Notes: generated from the letters alone by a model not told the origin. Counted from the stretch's first letter, positions 32,613 to 42,284 are shown. The stretch: 64,000 nt of DNA from an uncultured Bacteroides sp. (GCA_963931635.1 OZ007034.1:921285-985284); one strand, 5' to 3'. Numbers and translations are program-made.

Positions 32613-33629
32613 TCAGAGCCAACCTTCGCGCCTGTACCAGGCCACAGCTTCGGCCACACCACGTTCGAGTGGATAGTCGGGCACAAAACCCAGATCCTCC
32701 CGCGCCGCCGTCGTGTCGCACACCCAGTTGCGCTGTTTCATGATGCGGTACTTGTCGCGATTGAGCGTACTCGATGTGCCGAATATGCCTGCCAGAAAAC
32801 CTGCCGCATAGCAAACGGCCTTCAACAGAAAGAGCGGCACACGCACCGGCACAACCACCCTTCGGTGCAACTCGCGCGCCACATAGCGGCGAAACTGCGA
32901 CGAGGTGTACACTCCGCCGTCGGAGAGGAAATAGCCGCGACGCTTTACCCCCTTGTCGACGGCCAGGAAAACCGCCTTCACCAAATCCTTGACATAGATA
33001 AACGTGAGCAGCTGGCGGCGGTATCCCACCGAAAAGTCAAAGCCCGCCTTGATGCTCTTCATCATCAGGTAATAATCTCTCTCGCGAGGACCGTAGACCC
33101 CCGTAGGGCGCATAAACACATAGGGGAAATCGGGCAGCGACTGCAAAAACCGTTCGGCTTTGAGCTTGCTGCGGCCATACAGGGTATCGGGGTGAGGCTC
33201 GTCGTCGGGACGTATCGGCGTGTAACGACGCTCGTCGCCGGCCCCCCAGGCACCGAGGCTGCTCATCAGTATGAACTGGTCGGGAACGGTGCCGGTCTCT
33301 ACCAATGACTCCGAAAAATTCTTGACATATCCATAGTTGATGCGTTCAAAATCGGCACTGTCGCGGCACTTGGTTACCCCCAGGTTGTGAACAATGATGT
33401 CCCAGCGACGCCCCCCGCCGAAAGTCTCACCTTCGGTAAGCTGGCTCTTCAACTTGGCCTTGTCGGCAAAAGCAAGGTCGACAAAATGTATGCGCTCATC
33501 GGTGAGGTAGGCCCGGTTGGTCGAGGCACGCACCCCCGCCCAGGTCTCATATCCGCGGCGCAAGGCCTCCTCTACGAGAAAACCGCCTATGAAACCGCCG
33601 GCACCGGTTATCAGAATACGTTTCGGCAT
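32613..33629 (-). CDS. NAD-dependent epimerase/dehydratase family protein
   Basis: N-terminal Rossmann motif ILITGAGGFIGGFLVEEAL. An SDR-extended YxxxK context (YGRSKLKAE) is present. Confidence 0.8.
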   Translation of the reverse strand: MPKRILITGAGGFIGGFLVEEALRRGYETWAGVRASTNRAYLTDERIHFVDLAFADKAKLKSQLTEGETFGGGRRWDIIVHNLGVTKCRDSADFERINYGYVKNFSESLVETGTVPDQFILMSSLGAWGAGDERRYTPIRPDDEPHPDTLYGRSKLKAERFLQSLPDFPYVFMRPTGVYGPRERDYYLMMKSIKAGFDFSVGYRRQLLTFIYVKDLVKAVFLAVDKGVKRRGYFLSDGGVYTSSQFRRYVARELHRRVVVPVRVPLFLLKAVCYAAGFLAGIFGTSSTLNRDKYRIMKQRNWVCDTTAAREDLGFVPDYPLERGVAEAVAWYRREGWL

Positions 33630-33780
33630 GGCAAAAATGGTAAGAATAACGGGCTTTAAAATTACGACGATTTATCGGTTTTACCTCAGCACTCTCTCTA
33701 TTTTTACACTTTTAGAGCCATAAATAGGAATATACGATGATTATTACCATCTTTTAAAAAGATAAATGGCTTACTTTTCC

Positions 33781-33788
33781 TATCTTTG
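33781..33788 (+). promoter_or_regulatory. -7 box TATCTTTG upstream of the DUF2723 gene
   Basis: TAnnTTTG match 122 nt before ATG 33910. Confidence 0.4.
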
Positions 33789-33909
33789 CTCGCGCGATGA
33801 CAGAGAGCAACAGGGCAGGAGGAGTGATATACGCATCTTTCTGTTTCTCCTTCTTGTTTTCTGTAAAAGCCGGTCATAATCGAAATATACGTTATTTCAT
33901 CATATCATC

Positions 33910-36900
33910 ATGAAACAATACCAACTATTGAACAACATTTGCGGCTGGGTGGTCTTTGTGATTGCCGCCGTAACGTATATCCTTACGCTCGAACCGACAG
34001 CGAGCTTCTGGGATTGCGGTGAATTTATTTCGTCGGCCTACAAACTCGAAGTGGGACACCCGCCGGGAAACCCCATCTTCATGCTCACCGGACGCTTCTT
34101 TGCCAACTTTGCTTCCGACCCCTCGCAGGTAGCCTACATGATAAACCTCATGTCGGGCCTGTTCAGTGCCGCTACCATACTGCTACTCTTCTGGACCATC
34201 ACTCACCTTACCCGCAGGATTCTCGTGAGAGACAATAGCGAAATGACACTCGCCCAGATGATTGTCATTCTTGGTTGCGGTGCCGTAGGTGCATTGGCCT
34301 ACACATGGAGCGACACCTTCTGGTTCTCGGCCGTCGAGGGTGAGGTATATGCCTACTCGTCGTTCTGTACGGCACTGGTATTCTGGCTCATTCTCAAATG
34401 GGAAGATGTAGCCGACCGTCCACACTCCGACCGCTACATCATACTCATTGCCTATATCATAGGCATATCCATCGCCGTGCACCTGCTCAACCTACTTACC
34501 ATACCTGCACTGGTGCTGGTCTATTACTTTCACAAATTTCCCAACCCTACCACAAAAGGGGCATTCACGGCATTGCTGCTCTCTTTCGCTGTCATCGTGT
34601 TCCTGCTCTATGGTCTTGTTCCGGGATTTGTAAAAGTAGCCGGCTGGGCCGAACTCCTCTGCGTCAACGTGCTCGGCATGCCCTTCAATTCGGGTGTCAT
34701 CGTCTACTTCTTCCTGGTGATAGGCTGCATCTCTTGGAGCATCTTCGAGACCTACAAGCAGACCAGCCTCAACAGGCTGCGCCTGTCGTTCCTCATCAGT
34801 ATCATATTGGTAGGAATGCCCTTTATCAGCAGTAAAATCTATATCGGCATTCTTATCTCTGCGGCACTGGCCATATTTCTTTTCTACAAGAAACAGTTGC
34901 CCGTGCGACTGCTCAACATGATACTGGTATCGGTACTGGTCATCTTCATCGGCTACTCCTCTTACGCACTCATCGTCATACGTTCGTCGGCCAACACGCC
35001 GATGGATCAGAACTCGCCCGAAGATGTCTTTGCCCTGGGCAGCTATCTCAACCGCGAACAGTATGGCGACCGTCCGCTCTTTTACGGGCAGACCTTCGTG
35101 GCCGATGTTGAACGCAAAGACGGTGCGCCTCTCTACGAAGAGGGAGCAGCGGTATGGGCCCGTGTGATAAAAACATCGGAAGACGAACCAGACCGCTACG
35201 AAATTATCGACCACAAACGCAACTACATCTACACACCCGAGCTCTGCATGTTCTTCCCCCGCATGTACAGCCCCGACAGCCGCCACATCGGCGCCTACAA
35301 GGAGTGGTCGGGTTTCAAGGGTAAACCGGTGAAGGTAAACGGCCGCACCGTGCGTAAACCCACCTTCGTCGAGAATATGCGTTTCTTCATCGACTATCAG
35401 GTCAATTTCATGTACTGGCGCTATTTCTTGTGGAACTTTGCCGGCCGACAGAACGATATTCAGGGTCATGGCGACACAGCCTACGGCAACTGGATTACCG
35501 GTTTCAATTTCATCGACAAATTCCTAGTGGGCGACCAGACATTACTCCCCACTGACCTGAAAGAAAACAAGGGTCGCAACGTATTCTTCATGATGCCTCT
35601 GCTGCTGGGTATATTGGGCATTTTGTTCCAACTTTACTCAGGCAAAAAAGGTATAGAAAGTTTCTGGGTGGTCTTCTTCCTCTTCTTCATGACGGGACTG
35701 GCCATCGTCATCTACCTCAACCAGACACCTTACCAACCCCGTGAGCGAGACTATGCCTATGCCGGCTCGTTCTACGCCTTTGCCATCTGGATAGGTATCG
35801 GCGTAGCTGCCATATACAAGCTGCTGTCTAAAAAAATCAACCCCGTGGTTGCAGCTTCCATCGCCACCGTCGTGTCGCTGGCCGTACCGATGCAGATGGT
35901 AAGCCAGACCTGGGACGACCACGACCGCTCGGGCCGCTATGCCTGCCGCGACTTCGGTAAGAACTACCTCACTTCGGTCGATGAGAACGGTATCATCTTC
36001 ACCAACGGCGACAACGATACCTTCCCCCTGTGGTATGCCCAGGAGACCGAAGGATACCGCACCGACGTGCGTGTATGCAACCTCTCTTACCTGCAAACCG
36101 ACTGGTATGTGTCGCAAATGAAATCGCAGGCCTATGAGTCGGATCCGCTGCCCATCTCCATGGAAGAGTACCAATACGGAAACAAAAAACGCGAATATGC
36201 CTACATAATCGAACGCGTAAACTATCCCATACCGGTAAAAATGGCCATGGAATATTTCCTTTCCGATGATAAGAACACCAAGTACATTCCCGGATACGGA
36301 AATATAAACTATCTACCCTCCGGCGAACTTTACATCGACATCGATAAGGAGAAAATCAAAAAGTCGGGCATCGTACCGGCCGGTTACGAAGACAAGATAG
36401 TCGACCGCATAAATCTCTCGCTCTCCGATAAGAGCACCCTCATGCTCAACGAACTGGCTATTATCGACATGCTCAGTACCAATGCAGAGCAGGGCTGGAA
36501 ACGACCCATCTATTTTGCTTCGACCGTAGATCCTTCGCTCTTTACCGAGACCGACAAATACTTCATGCGCACGGGTATGGCATACAAAATAGTTCCTGTC
36601 GAGCTCTCCAATGTCTCGGGACGTTACCAGGTCGATACCGACGAAATGTACGACAACGTCATGAACAAGTTTGCCTGGGGCGGTATGGATGTCAACCCCG
36701 ACGTCTACTTCGACGAGACCATTCGACGCATGTGCTACTCCTACCGCATCATGTTCATCGATCTCATCGACCAGCTGATATTGGAGGGTAAAAAAGAGAA
36801 AGCGCTGAAAGCTCTCGACTACTGTATGGAAAAGATACCCGACAGTGTCGTGCCTCACAACTACATCTCCCTGCAGCTGGCCATGGACTACTACTTCCTG

Positions 36901-37164
36901 GGCGAGAACGAAAAGGGAAAAGAGTTGCTTACCAAAATTGCCGACAGTGCCCTTGAATATGTCATGTGGATAAACTCGCTCAGCGAAAACAAAAAACGTT
37001 CGGTAATGCGTGATTACACCTACAACGAAAGAGCTCTCGTCGAACAGGCCATTCCCACCTTCTACCGCTTCGGCGATGAAGAGAGCGGAAAAAAATACCT
37101 CGAAATGGCAGCTCTGGCCGGTGTCAACATCAACCGCTATCTGAAAACCGATACTTTGAGATAA
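33910..37164 (+). CDS. DUF2723/TMEM260-type large membrane glycosyltransferase-like protein
   Basis: The N-terminus has TASFWDCGEFISSAYKLEVGHPPGNPIFML followed by ~12 TM helices. A large soluble C-terminal region has TPR-like helices. 1084 aa. Confidence 0.7.
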   Translation: MKQYQLLNNICGWVVFVIAAVTYILTLEPTASFWDCGEFISSAYKLEVGHPPGNPIFMLTGRFFANFASDPSQVAYMINLMSGLFSAATILLLFWTITHLTRRILVRDNSEMTLAQMIVILGCGAVGALAYTWSDTFWFSAVEGEVYAYSSFCTALVFWLILKWEDVADRPHSDRYIILIAYIIGISIAVHLLNLLTIPALVLVYYFHKFPNPTTKGAFTALLLSFAVIVFLLYGLVPGFVKVAGWAELLCVNVLGMPFNSGVIVYFFLVIGCISWSIFETYKQTSLNRLRLSFLISIILVGMPFISSKIYIGILISAALAIFLFYKKQLPVRLLNMILVSVLVIFIGYSSYALIVIRSSANTPMDQNSPEDVFALGSYLNREQYGDRPLFYGQTFVADVERKDGAPLYEEGAAVWARVIKTSEDEPDRYEIIDHKRNYIYTPELCMFFPRMYSPDSRHIGAYKEWSGFKGKPVKVNGRTVRKPTFVENMRFFIDYQVNFMYWRYFLWNFAGRQNDIQGHGDTAYGNWITGFNFIDKFLVGDQTLLPTDLKENKGRNVFFMMPLLLGILGILFQLYSGKKGIESFWVVFFLFFMTGLAIVIYLNQTPYQPRERDYAYAGSFYAFAIWIGIGVAAIYKLLSKKINPVVAASIATVVSLAVPMQMVSQTWDDHDRSGRYACRDFGKNYLTSVDENGIIFTNGDNDTFPLWYAQETEGYRTDVRVCNLSYLQTDWYVSQMKSQAYESDPLPISMEEYQYGNKKREYAYIIERVNYPIPVKMAMEYFLSDDKNTKYIPGYGNINYLPSGELYIDIDKEKIKKSGIVPAGYEDKIVDRINLSLSDKSTLMLNELAIIDMLSTNAEQGWKRPIYFASTVDPSLFTETDKYFMRTGMAYKIVPVELSNVSGRYQVDTDEMYDNVMNKFAWGGMDVNPDVYFDETIRRMCYSYRIMFIDLIDQLILEGKKEKALKALDYCMEKIPDSVVPHNYISLQLAMDYYFLGENEKGKELLTKIADSALEYVMWINSLSENKKRSVMRDYTYNERALVEQAIPTFYRFGDEESGKKYLEMAALAGVNINRYLKTDTLR

Positions 37165-37186
37165 ACCTCACAACCCTCTATATCGT

Positions 37187-37221
37187 AAAAAAGCTCTGCC
37201 CGGAAAGGCAGAGCTTTTTTT
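37187..37221. terminator. bidirectional-looking hairpin terminator after the DUF2723 gene
   Basis: aaaaaa, then gctctgcc (37193-200) pairing with ggcagagc (37207-14), then ttttttt. Confidence 0.8.
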
Positions 37222-37294
37222 ACAGACTCCATGCAGCATTACATCGCTAAACCGCATCTTCTTCTTTGTAAACCTACACACACTGTAACACGTC

Positions 37295-37903
37295 ATGTTT
37301 ATAGAACGTCCCCCGCTTTTCTACCGCATGCTCTTTCCCGAAACGATATGGAGACTGCCGTGCAAGGAAAAGACCATATATCTCACCTTCGACGACGGGC
37401 CGGTGCCCGAAATCACCCCTTGGGTACTCAACCTGCTCGACTACTACGATGTGAAGGCCACCTTCTTCTGCGTAGGCGAAAATGTGGCCCGCAACACCGA
37501 ACTCTATGCCGAGATTCTCAAACGCGGACACCACACCGGCAACCACACCATGAATCACATACAGGGCATGAAATATTCCATCAAGGATTACGTGCGCAAT
37601 GTCGATGCCGCCAACGAACTGATACGTAGTGCGCTGTTCCGCCCACCTCACGGACACATGTGTTTCGGCCAGGCTCACGAACTGCGACAGAAATACAAAA
37701 TCATCATGTGGGACGTGGTTACCCGCGATTACAGCAAAAAACTGAGCGGCGAACAGGTTTTCAACAACGTGAAGAAATATACCCGCAACGGTTCCATCAT
37801 CGTCTTTCACGACTCGTTGAAAGGACAGAAAAACCTGCGCTACGCCCTGCCCAAATCCATCGAATGGATAAAGAGCCAGGGCTACGCTTTCGGACTTTTA
37901 TAG
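37295..37903 (+). CDS. polysaccharide deacetylase family protein (CE4)
   Basis: TFDDGP...ATFFCVGENV...GHHTGNHTMNH motifs of NodB-homology deacetylases. Confidence 0.85.
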   Translation: MFIERPPLFYRMLFPETIWRLPCKEKTIYLTFDDGPVPEITPWVLNLLDYYDVKATFFCVGENVARNTELYAEILKRGHHTGNHTMNHIQGMKYSIKDYVRNVDAANELIRSALFRPPHGHMCFGQAHELRQKYKIIMWDVVTRDYSKKLSGEQVFNNVKKYTRNGSIIVFHDSLKGQKNLRYALPKSIEWIKSQGYAFGLL

Positions 37904-38038
37904 TTTCTAAAAAGACCTCATAAACACAACAACTAAACCTTAACTCTTTATTTCTTTTTTCTCAATCATAAAAGGGGCCGTGTCCGGTTTTATACGAGAC
38001 ACGACCCCTTCTTCTTTATTACTCTTTATATAGTGTAT

Positions 38039-39016
38039 TTACAGGCCCAGTTTAGCCGATATGTCGAGCATGCGCTGTATGGGTCGTATAGCCTTCTCGG
38101 CAACGTTCTTGTCTACAATAATTTCGGGAGTCTCGTCGCGCAGACAGTTTCTCAGTTTTTCGAGCGTGTTCAGGCGCATGTAGTTGCACTCGTTGCAAGC
38201 ACAGGTGCTGTCTTCGGGAGGAGCGGGAATGAACTCCTTGTCGGGACACTGTTTCTGCATCTCATGCAGTATACCCGACTCGGTAGCCACTATAAAGCGT
38301 TTCTTATCCGATTTCACGGCATGTTTCAGCAGCGCTGCCGTAGAGCCTACCTTGTCGGCCAGTTTCAACAGTACAGCCTTACATTCGGGGTGAGCCAGCA
38401 CATCGGCATCGGGGTACTGCTTTTTCAACTCCATGATTTTGGCTACCGAAAACTGTTCGTGTACATGGCAGGCACCGTTCCAAAGCAACATATTACGGCC
38501 GGTAATGCTGTTGATGTAGTTGCCCAGGTTGCGGTCGGGACCGAAAATGATTTTTTCATCCTTGGGGAAACTTTCCACAATCTGCCGGGCATTGGTAGAA
38601 GTTACCACCACTTCGGTATAGGCCTTCACGGCTGCCGACGTATTGACATAAGAGATGACCGTGTATCCGGGGTGTGCTTCTACAAAACGGGCAAACTCAT
38701 CGGCCGGACAACTGTCGGCCAACGAACAACCGGCCTCCATGTCGGGCACCAGCACCTTCTTGTCGGGACACAATATCTTGGCAGTCTCGCCCATGAAGTG
38801 CACACCGCACATCACAATCACATCGGCATCGGTCTTGGCCGCCCATTGTGCCAGAGCCAGGCTATCGCCTACATAGTCGGCCACATCTTGCAATTCGCCA
38901 CGCTGGTAGTAGTGGGCCAGTATCACGGCGTTTTTCTTCCGACGCAGTAGATTGATCTCTTCGATTAACGCATCATTATTCTGGGTAGACTTAGACGAAG
39001 AACAAACATTCATCAT
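38039..39016 (-). CDS. nadA: quinolinate synthase
   Basis: ...KNAVILAHYYQ...DYVGDSL...MCGVHFMGETAKIL...VSYVNTSAAVKA...ACHVHE...ESGILH... conserved NadA blocks. Confidence 0.93.
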   Translation of the reverse strand: MMNVCSSSKSTQNNDALIEEINLLRRKKNAVILAHYYQRGELQDVADYVGDSLALAQWAAKTDADVIVMCGVHFMGETAKILCPDKKVLVPDMEAGCSLADSCPADEFARFVEAHPGYTVISYVNTSAAVKAYTEVVVTSTNARQIVESFPKDEKIIFGPDRNLGNYINSITGRNMLLWNGACHVHEQFSVAKIMELKKQYPDADVLAHPECKAVLLKLADKVGSTAALLKHAVKSDKKRFIVATESGILHEMQKQCPDKEFIPAPPEDSTCACNECNYMRLNTLEKLRNCLRDETPEIIVDKNVAEKAIRPIQRMLDISAKLGL

Positions 39017-39454
39017 ATTATTATTTTATTTTTTCTTTAAAGACTTTCTATGCTGATGATATTATCCTGTTGATAATACTCAAAACTTTTTCCTTTTTTA
39101 TTTGCTTTTTCGGTTATGAAAAGAAAATTTCTACTTATGAGTAGATTATTAACCTTTCTTTTTGCTTATAATAAGCAACTTGCAGATGTATTCAACATCT
39201 GTTTACAACGGGCAAAGTTAGAAATTTTCTTTTATAAGAATACTTGATAAACGTTTATTTGTCTTTTGGTATCTCTCCCAAAAAAAGTTGTTTTATTATT
39301 TGGAGTTTCTCTTTGGCTGCCGGTATAAAATAGTTTGGAAAAGTGTGTGTTTTTTTCTATTCTTTTTTTGAAGTTTTTTTTTCACAGCTTTTCAACACTT
39401 ATCGACAACTTATCATCACGGTTTGTATTTGTGATGGCTGGGAGTTTTTATAAG

Positions 39455-39533
39455 AAAGGATGCGGCTCGGCATAGTCAATGGATGAAAACTTCGTTTTCT
39501 CTTTGCCTCTGCTCTCGCCTTTCACTATCTTTG
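39455..39533 (+). repeat. solo (about 0.9 unit) copy of the 85-bp hairpin repeat family
   Basis: ggatgcggctcggcatagtcaatggatgaaaacttcgttttctctttgcctctgctctcgcctttcactatctttg is near-identical to units at 56900-57335 and, inverted, at 48285-48520. Confidence 0.85.
39526..39533 (+). promoter_or_regulatory. -7 box TATCTTTG (inside the repeat) upstream of the SpoU/TrmH gene
   Basis: TTTG-N20-TATCTTTG is formed by the repeat tail and head, 30 nt before ATG 39563. Confidence 0.55.
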
Positions 39534-39562
39534 TAAAGGATTATTGTAAGTGAAGCGTAAAG

Positions 39563-40093
39563 ATGAAGAAGAAAACCGTTCTCGATATGCAACGCATATC
39601 GGTAGATGAGTTTAAGGCAGCCGATAAGATACCTCTTGTCATAGTTCTCGATAACGTGCGCAGTCTCAACAATGTAGGGTCGGTGTTCCGCACGAGCGAT
39701 GCGTTCAGGGCATCGGCCATCTATCTCTGTGGTATCACCTCTACGCCCCCTCACCCCGAGATTCACAAGACGGCTCTGGGGGCCGAAGATAGTGTGGAAT
39801 GGCACTATGCAGCCGATACTGTTGCTCTGATTGATGAACTGCATGTTCGTGGATATTTTGTCTATGCTATCGAGCAGGTAGAGGGGAGTGTGTCGCTGGC
39901 CGATATTGAACTATTTCCCGAAAAAAAATATGCCGTGGTGCTGGGTAATGAAGTGAACGGCGTGCAACAGCAGGTTGTTGATAAGTGCGATGCCTGCCTG
40001 GAAATACCTCAGTATGGAACGAAACATTCACTCAATGTTTCGGTAACGGCCGGGCTGGTGATATGGGATTTTTTCAAACAACTTTTCAGGTAA
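39563..40093 (+). CDS. TrmH/SpoU family RNA 2'-O-methyltransferase
   Basis: PLVIVLDNVRSLNNVGSVFRTSDAF...VLGNEVNGV...IPQYGTKHSLNVSVTAGLVIW SPOUT motifs. Confidence 0.85.
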   Translation: MKKKTVLDMQRISVDEFKAADKIPLVIVLDNVRSLNNVGSVFRTSDAFRASAIYLCGITSTPPHPEIHKTALGAEDSVEWHYAADTVALIDELHVRGYFVYAIEQVEGSVSLADIELFPEKKYAVVLGNEVNGVQQQVVDKCDACLEIPQYGTKHSLNVSVTAGLVIWDFFKQLFR

Positions 40094-40276
40094 TCTGTTT
40101 ACAAATATAGTGCTGATTATCAGTTAAAAAGAATATAAAAATTTTTCGAGACGCAGACACCCTCTTTGAAGAAAGAGAACGTCTGCGTCTGTTTCATAAA
40201 AAGGATTATAAAAAAGAGATGCGGCTGTTGATAACCGTGTAGAGAGAGGGAAAAGCAGGGCGGAGGAGGGGAAGCG

Positions 40277-40873
40277 TCAGAGTTGGCCGTTCTCTACCAA
40301 TACCACAATCTCTTCGAGCATGCGGTCTTTGCCTTCGGGTTCCCACTCCTTGCGGAGGCTCACGCCGAACATGGCACCGAATGTTTGCCAAAAAGAGGCT
40401 CTGAAACCACCCAGGAAGGCTTTTATAAGCTGGTAGGACGACTGATTGCATTCCCGGTCGATGAGACGTATCAGCAGCTTGGCCTGGTTGTAGGTAAAAT
40501 CTTTCAGCACCGGCTTGTATTCCTCGAAGAGTTCCTTCTCCATGCGTTTAAGGTGTTTTTCGCGTTCCTCTTCGGGGAGGGTCTGAATATATTCATAGGT
40601 TTCTATCAGGGCATTGTGTACCAGTTTGGCATAGGGTAACACCTTCTTCACGTCGCGCACATTGCGCCAATAGTACTCTTTCTCCTTCTGGCTTTTGAAG
40701 GTTCTTTTCGGAAAACAATAAATCGGGCGAAGTATGATGAGCGTAGCTGTGTCGCCGGCATCGGTTACGAAGCGGGTAATGCGCTGATAGTATCGTGACT
40801 GTTGGGCTTGGGCACATTCGCAGCCCAGGCCAATCAGCGACAGAAGCATAATGATACAGGCCTTCTTCATCAC
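40277..40873 (-). CDS. DUF4294 domain-containing secreted protein
   Basis: Signal peptide. ...VLPYAKL...LIRLIDRECNQSSYQLIKAFLGGFRASFWQTFGAMFGVSLRKEWEP matches my recollection of DUF4294. Confidence 0.7.
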   Translation of the reverse strand: MMKKACIIMLLSLIGLGCECAQAQQSRYYQRITRFVTDAGDTATLIILRPIYCFPKRTFKSQKEKEYYWRNVRDVKKVLPYAKLVHNALIETYEYIQTLPEEEREKHLKRMEKELFEEYKPVLKDFTYNQAKLLIRLIDRECNQSSYQLIKAFLGGFRASFWQTFGAMFGVSLRKEWEPEGKDRMLEEIVVLVENGQL

Positions 40874-41338
40874 CGCAAAAGTAGTGTATTGCAGCCGAAT
40901 AAGCGCTTAAAAAGTTTTATTTTCTCTCTTCCTTATGTTGATAACTCCTAAATAAAATGTTTATATCTATACAATATATTATTATAAATAATTGTATATC
41001 AATAAAATAATATTAAATATGATATTTATGAACAGCATTTTATAAAATAGACGTCATGCCGGTGGACAGAACAATTCTGCCTGCGGTGCTTTTGCCTGCG
41101 GCCGGTGGGGGACAAAGAATCGTTTATTTTCTCTTTCCTGCGGTTGATAACCTATCAGTAAGATGTTGATATTTATAAAACATGATTTTGTAAATATCTG
41201 TATATCAATATATAAATATTGAATATGGCGATTATCAACAACTTTTGATAAGAAAAACATTCCATTTTTGATTTTCGCTATTTCTTACCGCGGGTCGACA
41301 AATGATAGGCGATGCAACAAAGGTTGCCTTTTTAGTGT

Positions 41339-41346
41339 TACCTTTG
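41339..41346 (+). promoter_or_regulatory. -7 box TACCTTTG upstream of the radical SAM gene
   Basis: TAnnTTTG match 23 nt before ATG 41369. Confidence 0.5.
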
Positions 41347-41368
41347 TAGCGAAAAATATAAAAAAGCA

Positions 41369-42148
41369 ATGTCTACACTTCTGTTTCGCGAAATCGTTTT
41401 CGGACCGGTACACAGCCGGCGGTTGGGAATATCGTTGGGAATGAATCTTCTTCCTGTCGACGGGAAGGTATGTTCTTTCGACTGCATCTATTGCGAGTGC
41501 GGTTACAATGGCGAGCGTCATGCCCACAGCGGATTGCCTTCGCGCGAGGAGGTGAGCGAGTGTCTGAAAAACCGTCTCATTGCCATGCACGGCCGAGGCG
41601 AGAAACTCGATGTTATCACCTTTGCCGGGAACGGCGAGCCGACACTGCACCCCGACTTTGCCGCCATCATCGACGATACGCTGCGCCTGCGCGACACCTA
41701 TTATCCTGAGGCCAAGGTGAGTGTGCTTTCCAATGCCACGCGCATCGACCGTGCCGATGTGTTTGCGGCTCTGAACAGGGTAGACAACAACATCTTGAAA
41801 CTCGATTCGTCGCTCGACAAGACGGTGCGTCTCATCAATTCGCCCGCATCGCCCTCCTTCACGGTCGAGAAACTCATAGATGCTCTCTGTCGTTTCAACG
41901 GTAATCTTATTGTGCAGACTCTCTTCCTCCAAGGCCGCCACAACGGCACGACGGTCGACAACACCACCGAAGAGGAGCTTCGCCCCTGGCTCGATGCCGT
42001 GCGTCGCATAGCTCCCAAGGAGGTGATGATATACACCATCGACCGCGAAACCCCCGAAAAGGAGCTGCGCAAGGCCACGCCCGCCACACTCGACGCCATT
42101 GCCCGCCGTGTCGAAGCCCTGGGCATCAAGGCTCAGGTATCCTATTGA
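41369..42148 (+). CDS. radical SAM protein (small, unknown substrate)
   Basis: GPVHSRRLGISLG... and CSFDCIYC (CxxxCxxC) cluster motif. 259 aa. Confidence 0.8.
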   Translation: MSTLLFREIVFGPVHSRRLGISLGMNLLPVDGKVCSFDCIYCECGYNGERHAHSGLPSREEVSECLKNRLIAMHGRGEKLDVITFAGNGEPTLHPDFAAIIDDTLRLRDTYYPEAKVSVLSNATRIDRADVFAALNRVDNNILKLDSSLDKTVRLINSPASPSFTVEKLIDALCRFNGNLIVQTLFLQGRHNGTTVDNTTEEELRPWLDAVRRIAPKEVMIYTIDRETPEKELRKATPATLDAIARRVEALGIKAQVSY

Positions 42149-42284
42149 AAAGCTGGCACCGAAAAAATTCTCCCTTGACTTTTGGGGCTTGTAGTGAGGT
42201 ATGTAGACATAAATTGTCGATTTTTACCGCTTTATGGCCGATAATGTCGGACAAAGAATTATTTTTACGCCGTGAAATAAAGTT

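Noticed and set aside
40147-40190. The hairpin gagacgcagac/gtctgcgtctg after the trmH-family gene, and the similar imperfect hairpins at 37973-38010 and 56185-56217, as terminators.
   Set aside because: The stems are good, but U-runs are weak or absent on both strands. These are possibly real terminators between convergent genes, but not supported well enough to list as features.
41054-41260. Small intergenic ORFs: 41054-41260, 19807-20079, 21036-21254, 45303-45584, 45515-45715, 45707-46024, 51870-52238 and 42145-42348.
   Set aside because: They sit in promoter or terminator spacers, overlap -7 boxes or terminator hairpins, have low-complexity or atypical composition, and lack any recognisable motif. 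There is no support for coding.
39017-41368. Two ~0.5-kb AT-rich intergenic regions with DnaA-box-like words (tgttgataa / ttatcaaca, ttatcgaca) as a possible oriC.
   Set aside because: The words carry a mismatch to TTATCCACA at a conserved position. There is no dnaA/dnaN nearby and no switch in gene-strand bias across the region (genes are predominantly + on both sides). Both regions are ordinary divergent promoter spacers.
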